DNA from: a virus
Length of the DNA: 35,912 nt
Strand: one strand, 5' to 3'
IMG/VR virus record: IMGVR_UViG_3300045988_101805
Location: 1-35,912 of that record
Shown: positions 1 through 6,209 of the stretch, one piece after another
Position numbering within the stretch: position 1 is the first letter of the stretch
Layout: every line of letters starts with the position of its first letter
Program-made: the position numbers and the translations under genes
Notes under the pieces: generated by a model
The model's database searches: none
What the model saw: the letters and a program-made list of their open reading frames with translations, nothing else
What the model was told of the DNA's origin: nothing

Positions 1-88
1 AGCGTCGTGCTTATCAAGGTAGCTGTCTATTGTTTTATACAAATGGGCGGCTACTATTTTTATTGCTAATACTGCTGAAACAAAAGCT
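1..88. repeat. Terminal direct repeat, copy 1 (identical to 35825..35912)
   Basis: Read base by base: agcgtcgtgcttatcaagg...gaaacaaaagct occurs at both ends of the window. Confidence 0.95.
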
Positions 89-99
89 GTGCAAAGCAT
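1..99 (-). CDS. 5' part (33 codons) of a 49-aa small hydrophobic ORF spanning the circular junction
   Basis: ATG at 99..97 with a weak AGGA 6 nt upstream. Translates MLCTAFVSAVLAIKIVAAHLYKTIDSYLDKHDA and continues in frame at 35824. Below the ORF-track cutoff. Confidence 0.3.
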   Translation of the reverse strand, partial: MLCTAFVSAVLAIKIVAAHLYKTIDSYLDKHDA

Positions 100-174
100 T
101 AGCAGTCCTAAAATTATTACTTCCGTCTTTCTTCACCTCCTTACGCTGTTTTCTGTGAATAAAGCAATGTGTTA

Positions 175-203
175 TTGTTTTAAACGACCTTGTATGGTAA
201 TAT
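175..203 (+). promoter_or_regulatory. Sigma-A-type promoter for the 224..574 gene
   Basis: TTGTTT (175-180), 17-nt spacer, TG (195-196), TAATAT (198-203). AGGAG at 211-215 and ATG at 224 follow. Confidence 0.55.
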
Positions 204-223
204 TAAACAAAGGAGTGGTACAT

Positions 224-574
224 ATGCTTGATAAGAAATGCAGAAAGATTGTAAAATGCTGTTTAAAATATTATCCTGACGAAAGAACTATTCAAACAAC
301 AGATTTACAAAAACACCTAAATTTCAGCAAGATGGAAATACGCTATTGCTGTCAGAGATTGAATAAATTAGGTTTCTTTGATTCATTTCAAACTTCAATA
401 GAAGACACGGTTCATTTTGTTCCGAGTTATAAATTGTTTAATTATAAAGAACACGAAAGAACGAAGATTAAAGAGTTTTTGATAAACTCCGTAGCAATAC
501 CCGTCATCGTGTCAACACTATCAAGCATACTAATAACGCTGATAACACTGATGATATCAGGGATACTGCAATAG
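224..574 (+). CDS. Tail-anchored winged-helix-like protein (116 aa), unknown family
   Basis: ATG 224 follows AGGAG with good spacing. The 89..223 part of the track ORF has no RBS. N-terminus LQKHLNFSKMEIRYCCQRLNKLGFF is wHTH-like. C-terminus AIPVIVSTLSSILITLITLMISGIL is one TM helix. Confidence 0.6.
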   Translation: MLDKKCRKIVKCCLKYYPDERTIQTTDLQKHLNFSKMEIRYCCQRLNKLGFFDSFQTSIEDTVHFVPSYKLFNYKEHERTKIKEFLINSVAIPVIVSTLSSILITLITLMISGILQ

Positions 575-686
575 ATGTAAAAATCGGGTGTTTCATTAAC
601 CATTCAAGGATAAACACCTTATCTCGCCCCCCTTTTTAGTGTGGTAGTTGCATTTTGTAACATTTTTGAAATAGTCGCAAAATTAT

Positions 687-715
687 TTGACAAAATATAA
701 ATATTCTTGTATTAT
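687..715 (+). promoter_or_regulatory. Near-consensus sigma-A promoter for the 756..1412 gene
   Basis: TTGACA (687-692), 17-nt spacer, TATTAT (710-715). Confidence 0.65.
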
Positions 716-755
716 CGTTAAAGAAAGTAATATATTTACAGAAAGGAACATATTT

Positions 756-1412
756 ATGGATAAACTTTACTTTGACAATAATGCCGATGAAAATGCTGAA
801 ATTGATTTTCAGCAAATGCAATTATACATTTCTCGTAGTTTCGCTCAATTAGCTGAAAAATTGAAACCTATGTATGCTGAATTAGCAAAGGAAATGAGTA
901 AAAATATCGGACACGCACTTACCGAATCGTTAGCAAAACCGCTTGAATCCATAAGGATTACTTACACATTTTCTCCCGAAGTTATTAAAGCGTTTCAAGA
1001 ATGTATAGAAAGTTATTCTAAAAAATTTCAGTTTCCGCAAAACAATCACGAAATAACTGTTAATTTAAACAATAATGATATAAAAGTTATTAATAATTTC
1101 AACATAAATATCAACAATTATATAGTCACCGATAAATCAAATGAAAGCAAGAAAGTTTTCACATATGAACGAGTTATAGCCTTTCTGAATTTATTGCTTT
1201 CTATCATTTCTTTAATTCATACAGACAACAATCAACCTACCTGTCTGTGTGCTGAAACACAACAGGCTGTTGTTCAATTGCAAGAACAAATTGACGGAAC
1301 AAATAACTTGATAGATAAATTTGTCAAACAATTAAATGAGTCCACAGATGATGAAATTACTTCTGATGATTCGAAAGTATCGAATGAAAAAGATCATTCA
1401 GATTCTGAATAA
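756..1412 (+). CDS. Hypothetical 218-aa protein: helical N-terminus, Asn-rich centre, one TM segment, acidic C-terminus
   Basis: ATG 756 preceded by AAAGGAAC. Contains NLNNNDIKVINNFNININNY, the TM-like VIAFLNLLLSIISLIH, and an acidic tail DDEITSDDSKVSNEKDHSDSE. No family recognised. Confidence 0.6.
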   Translation: MDKLYFDNNADENAEIDFQQMQLYISRSFAQLAEKLKPMYAELAKEMSKNIGHALTESLAKPLESIRITYTFSPEVIKAFQECIESYSKKFQFPQNNHEITVNLNNNDIKVINNFNININNYIVTDKSNESKKVFTYERVIAFLNLLLSIISLIHTDNNQPTCLCAETQQAVVQLQEQIDGTNNLIDKFVKQLNESTDDEITSDDSKVSNEKDHSDSE

Positions 1413-1554
1413 CTGTCTCCGTACAAATCACCTTGCACCTTAGGTTTCTTATCATAGACTGCTGTAATGTAATCATAATCACAAACATTAAATTGATAGC
1501 AAATTGTACCCAATCAATGTTGCCTATAAATAAGCAGTTTGATAATTCGTTCAT
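1357..1554 (-). CDS. 65-aa hydrophobic small protein, convergent with and overlapping 756..1412
   Basis: Strong RBS GAGGAGGTGAGAAG immediately upstream of ATG 1554. Hydrophobic stretch WVQFAINLMFVIMITL. Overlaps the + gene by 56 nt. Confidence 0.45.
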   Translation of the reverse strand: MNELSNCLFIGNIDWVQFAINLMFVIMITLQQSMIRNLRCKVICTETVIQNLNDLFHSILSNHQK

Positions 1555-1583
1555 CTTCTCACCTCCTCGGTTAAACTATAAAG

Positions 1584-1614
1584 CTGAATAGAAACACACT
1601 CTATTCAGTTTTTT
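1584..1614 (+). terminator. Rho-independent terminator (hairpin + T-run), possibly bidirectional
   Basis: CTGAATAGA (1584-1592) pairs with TCTATTCAG (1600-1608), followed by TTTTTT (1609-1614). Confidence 0.6.
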
Positions 1615-1623
1615 GTTGGTTTG

Positions 1624-1830
1624 TTAGTTTAAAAAGATACGCACTATCCGCTTTTCATCTGTAATGTTAAGAACCTTGCAAATCAGAGCGGCTTCGTCAA
1701 TGGTAAATTTAGTTTTGCCTGAAATTTTCGCAGACAGCGTATTTACCGACACACCCAGCTTTTCTGCAAGTCTTGCCTGCGTGTAGCCTGCCTCGGCTAT
1801 TGCTCCTTTTAAACTGTTTGCGTTAAGCAA
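1624..1830 (-). CDS. XRE/Cro-type HTH protein (second copy, paralogue of 2295..2507)
   Basis: YTQARLAEKLGVSVNTLSAKISG is a classic HTH. GAGGTGATAACA precedes TTG at 1830. The track's GTG at 1839 lies inside the RBS. Confidence 0.8.
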   Translation of the reverse strand: MLNANSLKGAIAEAGYTQARLAEKLGVSVNTLSAKISGKTKFTIDEAALICKVLNITDEKRIVRIFLN

Positions 1831-1864
1831 TGTTATCACCTCTTTTTATAATTTTCATATGGTC

Positions 1865-1892
1865 TTGCACTTTCCTAATAATGTGATATAAT
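1865..1892 (+). promoter_or_regulatory. Extended -10 sigma-A promoter for the 1926..2099 gene
   Basis: TTGCAC (1865-1870), 16-nt spacer containing TTTCCTAA, TG (1884-1885), TATAAT (1887-1892). Confidence 0.6.
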
Positions 1893-1925
1893 TTCAGCAT
1901 AAATTAAGGAAAGGAGGGTTAAACT

Positions 1926-2099
1926 ATGATTACAGGCAATCATGAAAAAATTGCTTTTGATGTAACTAAGGAAATCGTTATTGCAAGATTGTCAAATTGT
2001 CAGCACGCTGTTGATAAAGAGCATGGTGAAAAAGTTGCTGATTATTTTGAAATAATCTACAATAGAATTCTTGAAATCGTTAATTCAGAAGAAAACTAA
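1926..2099 (+). CDS. 57-aa hypothetical protein
   Basis: Strong RBS AAAGGAGGG 7 nt before ATG 1926. Translates MITGNHEKIAFDVTKEIVIARLSNCQHAVDKEHGEKVADYFEIIYNRILEIVNSEEN. Below the ORF-track cutoff. Confidence 0.55.
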   Translation: MITGNHEKIAFDVTKEIVIARLSNCQHAVDKEHGEKVADYFEIIYNRILEIVNSEEN

Positions 2100-2106
2100 T
2101 CCTTAA

Positions 2107-2253
2107 TTAGCACACGGCTCTTGCTGACACCAACTCGGCAAGGGCTGTTGTTAATTTAGCAATAGTATCACCGTCATCACCGCTGTCACAGTTAACATAC
2201 TTTGTTATATGGTCACATAACAAAGAAATTAAAGTGTCAATTTGTTCTGGCAT
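2107..2253 (-). CDS. 48-aa hypothetical protein downstream of the cro-like gene
   Basis: RBS AAGGGGGTGAAAAATA then ATG at 2253. Translates MPEQIDTLISLLCDHITKYVNCDSGDDGDTIAKLTTALAELVSARAVC. Confidence 0.5.
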   Translation of the reverse strand: MPEQIDTLISLLCDHITKYVNCDSGDDGDTIAKLTTALAELVSARAVC

Positions 2254-2294
2254 TATTTTTCACCCCCTTAGTTTTGATTGGGTTTCAGTTTCCT

Positions 2295-2507
2295 TTAAGA
2301 AACCACATCAGCAAAAAAAATAGACATAATCTTATCTGAATTAAGTCCGAGAATTTTTGCAAGCTGTGCGATTTCTTCCTGCTTGAAACAAGTGACACCA
2401 TTTATCCTTGTATAAAGTGTCTTTTTATCAATTCCCATTTTTTCAGCAAGTTTTGGAATTGTAAAATTGTTTCTTGCAATTTCAGCTTTAAGATCACTTG
2501 TATTCAT
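2295..2507 (-). CDS. Cro-like XRE HTH regulator, divergent from the repressor
   Basis: FTIPKLAEKMGIDKKTLYTRING is an HTH. GAGGTGATAAAA precedes ATG 2507. Divergent from the CI-like gene across a 162-bp switch region. Confidence 0.85.
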   Translation of the reverse strand: MNTSDLKAEIARNNFTIPKLAEKMGIDKKTLYTRINGVTCFKQEEIAQLAKILGLNSDKIMSIFFADVVS

Positions 2508-2539
2508 TTTTATCACCTCGTTTCCTTTAGGATACTTAA

Positions 2540-2568
2540 ATTATATACTGCTTTTATTCCTTTGTCAA
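2540..2568 (-). promoter_or_regulatory. Consensus leftward (lytic, cro) promoter
   Basis: The minus strand reads TTGACA (2568-2563), 17-nt spacer, TATAAT (2545-2540). Flanked by CTTTAGGA at 2525-2532 and 2572-2579. Confidence 0.7.
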
Positions 2569-2608
2569 CCACTTTAGGAAACTTTTTTATATTTTTTCGG
2601 TTTAGTAG

Positions 2609-2636
2609 TTGCTTTTTTGAAACTTTGTGTTAAAAT
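2609..2636 (+). promoter_or_regulatory. Rightward (repressor) promoter
   Basis: TTGCTT (2609-2614), 16-nt spacer ending in TGT, TAAAAT (2631-2636). AAGGAGAG RBS precedes ATG 2670. Confidence 0.55.
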
Positions 2637-2669
2637 ATAGTTACAGACCTCTTATAAGGAGAGACAAAA

Positions 2670-3305
2670 ATGGATATAGGAAAAATGATTAACCAAAGAA
2701 GAACCGAATTAAAACTAACTCTTGAACAGGTAGGGCAAGTAGTTGGTGTCGGCAAGAGTACCGTCAAAAAATGGGAAGACGGTTATATATCTAATATGAG
2801 AAGAGATAAAATAGCTTTATTAGCCAAAGTCTTAAAAATGAACCCGGTTTCTTTTATTACTGGTGAATTTAAAGAAGAAGAAGACCAAGCAATCCCACTT
2901 CCGCAAACAAATGTATTTATGCGACCTGTGTATGACAGCATTTCGGCAGGGTTCGGAGCCGTTGCTCAGGATGTGCCTGTTGACTATATGCCTACATACA
3001 TCACTTGCCCCTCAGAACAGGATAAATACATATGGATAAATGTTCACGGCGATTCTATGAGCCCTCTGATTGATGACGGCAGTAAAATTCTTATTAAAAA
3101 ACAAACTTCCGTTGACAGCGGTCAGATTGCCGCAGTCCTCGTTGATGATGAAGAGGCTGTTGTTAAAAAGGTTCTTTACAGCGATAACACCGTTGAACTC
3201 CATTCAGTCAACCCCTACTATCCCCCACGAGTGTTCAAAAATAACGACATCACCCGTGTTCAAATCCTCGGTCTTGTAAAAGAAGTAAGTAAGGCTTTGC
3301 AGTAA
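2670..3305 (+). CDS. CI/LexA-like phage repressor (XRE HTH + S24 autopeptidase)
   Basis: N-terminal HTH LTLEQVGQVVGVGKSTVKKWEDG. C-terminal GDSMSP (catalytic Ser) and VVKKV (Lys), the S24 Ser-Lys dyad. Confidence 0.92.
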   Translation: MDIGKMINQRRTELKLTLEQVGQVVGVGKSTVKKWEDGYISNMRRDKIALLAKVLKMNPVSFITGEFKEEEDQAIPLPQTNVFMRPVYDSISAGFGAVAQDVPVDYMPTYITCPSEQDKYIWINVHGDSMSPLIDDGSKILIKKQTSVDSGQIAAVLVDDEEAVVKKVLYSDNTVELHSVNPYYPPRVFKNNDITRVQILGLVKEVSKALQ

Positions 3306-3368
3306 GCCGGCAACCGTAAGTGTAAAAACACATAAACCACGAATACTATAAAACAAGGAGGAATTCGT

Positions 3369-3590
3369 ATGTCAGCAAAAGAAAAAATCATCAATCTTAT
3401 AAACGACTTTTCAGAAGAACAGCTTGAAGAACTGCTCACTATGTTGCAAAGTTTAAGACATATCGTAGATGACGCAGAAGATGACGCTTATTGTCAGAAA
3501 CTCTATGACGAATACAAGAATAACCCGTCTGATCCGAATGAGAATGTCAGCCTTGAAAATTTTGCAAATGAGTTGGGGATAAATCTGTAA
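3369..3590 (+). CDS. Putative antitoxin of the RelE-type TA pair
   Basis: 73-aa acidic protein with RBS AAGGAGGA. Its stop overlaps the toxin ATG (TAATG at 3588-3592). Confidence 0.6.
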   Translation: MSAKEKIINLINDFSEEQLEELLTMLQSLRHIVDDAEDDAYCQKLYDEYKNNPSDPNENVSLENFANELGINL

Positions 3591-3841
3591 TGAAGTATAA
3601 AATTGAACTGAACAAAAAGGCTCAGAAGTTTATTAAATCTCAGCCCCGCAACCAACAAGAACGAATTTTGAAAGCTGTTTCAAAACTTCCTGACGGTGAT
3701 GTAAAGGCCTTGTCAGGAAACAGCAACGCTTACCGCCTGCGTGTCGGCAATTATCGTGTTATCTATGAAATCAATAACGATATTCTTCTCATAACCGTTG
3801 TTGATGTCGGCAACCGAGGTCAGGTTTATAAGAGAATATAG
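3590..3841 (+). CDS. relE: RelE/ParE-family type II toxin
   Basis: YRLRVGNYRVIYEINNDILLITVVDVGNRGQVY is the typical RelE/StbE C-terminal signature. 83 aa. Confidence 0.85.
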   Translation: MKYKIELNKKAQKFIKSQPRNQQERILKAVSKLPDGDVKALSGNSNAYRLRVGNYRVIYEINNDILLITVVDVGNRGQVYKRI

Positions 3842-3850
3842 GTAATAACT

Positions 3851-4081
3851 ATGACTTGCTTTTATTGTAAAGGTGATATGGTTGACAGCACAACAACCCA
3901 TGTTGAAGATTTGGGCAACTGCATTGTCATCATTCGCAATGTTCCTTGTTCAAAGTGCAGTCAGTGCGGAGAAGTATCCTACAACGGTACTGTATTAAGA
4001 CAGATTGAACAGGTTATTGACAACCTCAAAAATTCACTTACCGAGGTTGCTATCGTAAACTATAAGCCAAGTGTAGCTTAG
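3851..4081 (+). CDS. Stand-alone YgiT/MqsA-type zinc-ribbon protein
   Basis: CFYCKG ... VPCSKCSQCGE pattern (CxxC ... CxxC) with the V-P-x-x-x-C context typical of the YgiT-type Zn finger. No HTH domain follows. Confidence 0.7.
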   Translation: MTCFYCKGDMVDSTTTHVEDLGNCIVIIRNVPCSKCSQCGEVSYNGTVLRQIEQVIDNLKNSLTEVAIVNYKPSVA

Positions 4082-4093
4082 AATAAACCAAAA

Positions 4094-4136
4094 TAAAAAA
4101 ATCCGCCCTGCTCGACTGGTCCTCGAACAGAGCGGA
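4094..4136 (-). terminator. Minus-strand-oriented intrinsic terminator between the lysogeny genes and int
   Basis: 13-position stem 4102-4114 / 4124-4136 with 2 mismatches. The A-run 4094-4101 is a U-run only on the minus strand. Confidence 0.4.
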
Positions 4137-4192
4137 ATCACCTACACAGGGTGCAGATGATACGATTAAAACGCAAGATAATTGTATCACAT

Positions 4193-4228
4193 TCCCTTGT
4201 GTTTTGCAACAGTTTACAGCACAAGGGA
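4193..4228. repeat. 9-bp perfect inverted repeat upstream of int
   Basis: TCCCTTGTG (4193-4201) and CACAAGGGA (4220-4228), 18-nt spacer, about 38 nt before the int ATG. Confidence 0.6.
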
Positions 4229-4265
4229 TTTTTGCGCCCTTTTTTTCAGAAAAGGAGTGTATTAA

Positions 4266-5417
4266 ATGCGTTGTAAAAAATGTAAAAAGCAAATTCCGGA
4301 CAAATCTAACTTCTGCAATTGGTGCGGAACAGCAGTTGTCAAGAAACCGCACAGAAGAGCAGACGGAAACTATGAAAAATCAATCTGCATAAACGGCAGG
4401 CGAAAAACCTTTTATGCCAAGACCGAACGAGAGCTTACAAGGAAAATTGCAATGTACAGTGCTGAGCAGGAGCGTAGTAAACGATTTGATGAGCTGGCAG
4501 AGGATTACAAGGATAATTATCTTCCTGAGCTTTCCCCTACTACACAGAAAAGTTACAATACTATTCTTGATAAGTTTACAGATGAATTTAAAGGTCGTGC
4601 GGTAAATGAGATTAAGCCGTCGGATATTCAGAAGAGTATTGACAACCTTTCAAGAACATATACTGCGAAAACAAAACGAAACTACCTTGCCACATTGTCA
4701 AGTGTATTCTCTTTCGCTGTGAGAGCCTCAGAGTACGGAATTGACACTAACCCTTGTAACTATATTAAAATTAAAGGAAAGCCGTCCACGGAGCGTAGAA
4801 TAGCCACAGATGAAGAGATTAAAATAATTTGCAGGAATACAAAAGTTCATTTTGGGTTGTTCGCATTCTTCTTGCTGACAACGGGTTGTCGCAGGTCAGA
4901 GGCTTTGGCTCTCAAATATGAGGATATAGACTTTAAGAATGATGTCATACATATAACAAAGTCGGTCACTTGGGAAAAATCAATCCCTGAATTGAAAGCT
5001 CCTAAGACAGTTAAAGGCATTCGTGATATTTTTCTTGTACCGCACTTGAAAGATGTACTGCCAAAACGAAAAAGAGGTCTTATCTTCCCTTCTTCCAAAG
5101 GTCAGTTGATGACGGAGTGTCAATATGCTACTGAATGGCATAAATATTGTGCTGAATCGGGATTAGATGATTATGCCAATGAAAACAACCTCTCTCCCTT
5201 GACTGCTCATTGCCTTAGGCACAATTATGCTACGATACTTAACGAAGCAGGCATTGACACAAAACAGGCTATGCAGTTGCTCGGTCATGCAAATGAGGCA
5301 ACCACAAAAGATGTTTATACAGCGATAACTGAAAGAAAAAATAAATCCGACAAAGTTCTTGTAACGGAAAAATTTGAAAAACGCATTCAGGAAATCACCG
5401 CAGCCGACAACCCTTGA
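4266..5417 (+). CDS. int: Tyrosine integrase with N-terminal zinc ribbon
   Basis: CKKCKK...CNWCG ribbon. Catalytic residues in GCRRSEAL (R), HCLRHNYAT (HxxR) and LLGHANEATTKDVY (H...Y). RBS AAAGGAG. Confidence 0.93.
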   Translation: MRCKKCKKQIPDKSNFCNWCGTAVVKKPHRRADGNYEKSICINGRRKTFYAKTERELTRKIAMYSAEQERSKRFDELAEDYKDNYLPELSPTTQKSYNTILDKFTDEFKGRAVNEIKPSDIQKSIDNLSRTYTAKTKRNYLATLSSVFSFAVRASEYGIDTNPCNYIKIKGKPSTERRIATDEEIKIICRNTKVHFGLFAFFLLTTGCRRSEALALKYEDIDFKNDVIHITKSVTWEKSIPELKAPKTVKGIRDIFLVPHLKDVLPKRKRGLIFPSSKGQLMTECQYATEWHKYCAESGLDDYANENNLSPLTAHCLRHNYATILNEAGIDTKQAMQLLGHANEATTKDVYTAITERKNKSDKVLVTEKFEKRIQEITAADNP

Positions 5418-5418
5418 T

Positions 5419-5439
5419 TTTACGAAACTTTTACGTAAC
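5419..5439 (+). promoter_or_regulatory. Candidate arm-type integrase-binding repeats (P arm)
   Basis: TTTACGAAAC (5419-5428) and TTTACGTAAC (5430-5439), 11-bp phasing. The same dimer recurs at 5640-5660. Confidence 0.5.
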
Positions 5440-5495
5440 TTGTATGTATTTTGATGTCTTTTTGTGTCCTGTACTGACACTCTGAAAGCAAAAGA

Positions 5496-5541
5496 AAAAC
5501 AAGCCGATTGTTCGATGAACACTGAACTTTCGGCTTGTTTT
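5496..5541 (+). terminator. Hairpin terminator downstream of int
   Basis: AAAACAAGCCGA (5496-5507) pairs with TCGGCTTGTTTT (5530-5541). T-rich tail follows. The loop is long. Confidence 0.5.
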
Positions 5542-5549
5542 CTTAACTT

Positions 5550-5568
5550 TTTTTGAGAATCTCAAAAA
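5550..5568. repeat. 19-bp palindrome adjacent to the att core
   Basis: TTTTTGAGA a TCTCAAAAA, 9-bp perfect arms, ending 9 nt before the tRNA-like segment. Confidence 0.6.
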
Positions 5569-5577
5569 GTCACAATT

Positions 5578-5603
5578 TGGCGGAGACGGAGGGATTCGAA
5601 CCC
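5578..5603 (-). other. attP core: 26-nt mimic of a tRNA 3' end (T-loop + acceptor + CCA), probably tRNA-Ser-like
   Basis: The minus strand reads GGGTTCGAATCCCTCCGTCTCCGCCA (T-loop TTCGAAT, T-stem CCCTC, acceptor CGTCTCC, discriminator G, CCA). No D-arm or anticodon arm follows, so it is a fragment. Confidence 0.7.
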
Positions 5604-5639
5604 GATTTTACAGCAGATAAACACTGTATGAATGCCATT

Positions 5640-5660
5640 TTTACGAAACCTTTACGAAAT
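5640..5660 (+). promoter_or_regulatory. Candidate arm-type integrase-binding repeats (P' arm)
   Basis: TTTACGAAAC (5640-5649) and TTTACGAAAT (5651-5660), same 11-bp phasing and orientation as 5419-5439. Confidence 0.5.
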
Positions 5661-5812
5661 TACCTAAGTTAATATAGCAATCAAGTTATGATTGCGGTGC
5701 GACTTTCCTTACCTCATTGTACTTTACAATAGTATAAAAGTCAAGAAATTAGATTCATAAGATTGATTTATGGATTATTTTATAAATTGTTTATATTCTT
5801 GTGAGAAAACGC

Positions 5813-5841
5813 TTGACAAATACACCTATTAGGTGTATAAT
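5813..5841 (+). promoter_or_regulatory. Consensus sigma-A promoter with a 15-bp palindromic operator in its spacer
   Basis: TTGACA (5813-5818), 17-nt spacer, TATAAT (5836-5841). The spacer carries the perfect palindrome ACACCTA t TAGGTGT (5822-5836). Confidence 0.7.
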
Positions 5842-5866
5842 ATAGACAATGAAAGGGGGTGAGGAA

Positions 5867-5965
5867 ATGAAAAAGCCAAAAAAATCCACCATCAAAATGG
5901 TCGAATTAATAATCAAAGCGATACTTGCCCTATCTGCTCTGATAACAGCCATTAGATGGTGGTAA
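5867..5965 (+). CDS. 32-aa basic/hydrophobic peptide (type I toxin-like or small membrane peptide)
   Basis: RBS AAAGGGGGTGAGGAA then ATG 5867. Translates MKKPKKSTIKMVELIIKAILALSALITAIRWW. A GC-rich hairpin GAGGGGCTTAAGCCCCTC follows. Confidence 0.5.
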   Translation: MKKPKKSTIKMVELIIKAILALSALITAIRWW

Positions 5966-6041
5966 CATCAAGAGGGGCTTAAAGCCCCTCCCCCCTTATG
6001 GGGATAATATTATTATATCAGTATGAAAGGAAAAATGCAAT

Positions 6042-6209
6042 ATGAAGAAAAATAATTTTTGGTTATTCAGTCTTGTGTGCCTGATTATTGTATGTGTGGC
6101 AAGTAAATTCTTTGTTGTTGCTCGTGTAGCCTTGGGAATAAATGCAGTTATTGTACTTGCACAAACTATTCACGAATTTGTAATGTTCAGGAGAAATCAC
6201 AATGAATAA
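6042..6209 (+). CDS. 55-aa two-helix membrane protein
   Basis: RBS AAAGGAAAA. Translates MKKNNFWLFSLVCLIIVCVASKFFVVARVALGINAVIVLAQTIHEFVMFRRNHNE. Overlaps the next gene by 8 nt. Confidence 0.5.
   Translation: MKKNNFWLFSLVCLIIVCVASKFFVVARVALGINAVIVLAQTIHEFVMFRRNHNE

Noticed and set aside
89-223. N-terminal extension of the 89..574 track ORF (MQSISSPKIIT...)
   Set aside because: The extension has no RBS. It runs through a predicted promoter (175..203) and overlaps the opposite-strand junction ORF. The ATG at 224 has a proper AGGAG.
4050-4392. Track ORFs 4050..4352 (-) and 4204..4392 (+) between the Zn-finger gene and int
   Set aside because: Neither has an RBS. Both overlap the structured non-coding region and the int start, and their composition looks like frame noise.
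5578-5603. A complete tRNA gene next to the integrase
   Set aside because: Only the T-loop, 3' T-stem, acceptor 3' strand and CCA are present. The sequence beyond 5603 does not complete the T-stem, and there is no anticodon or D arm. It is an att-core fragment.
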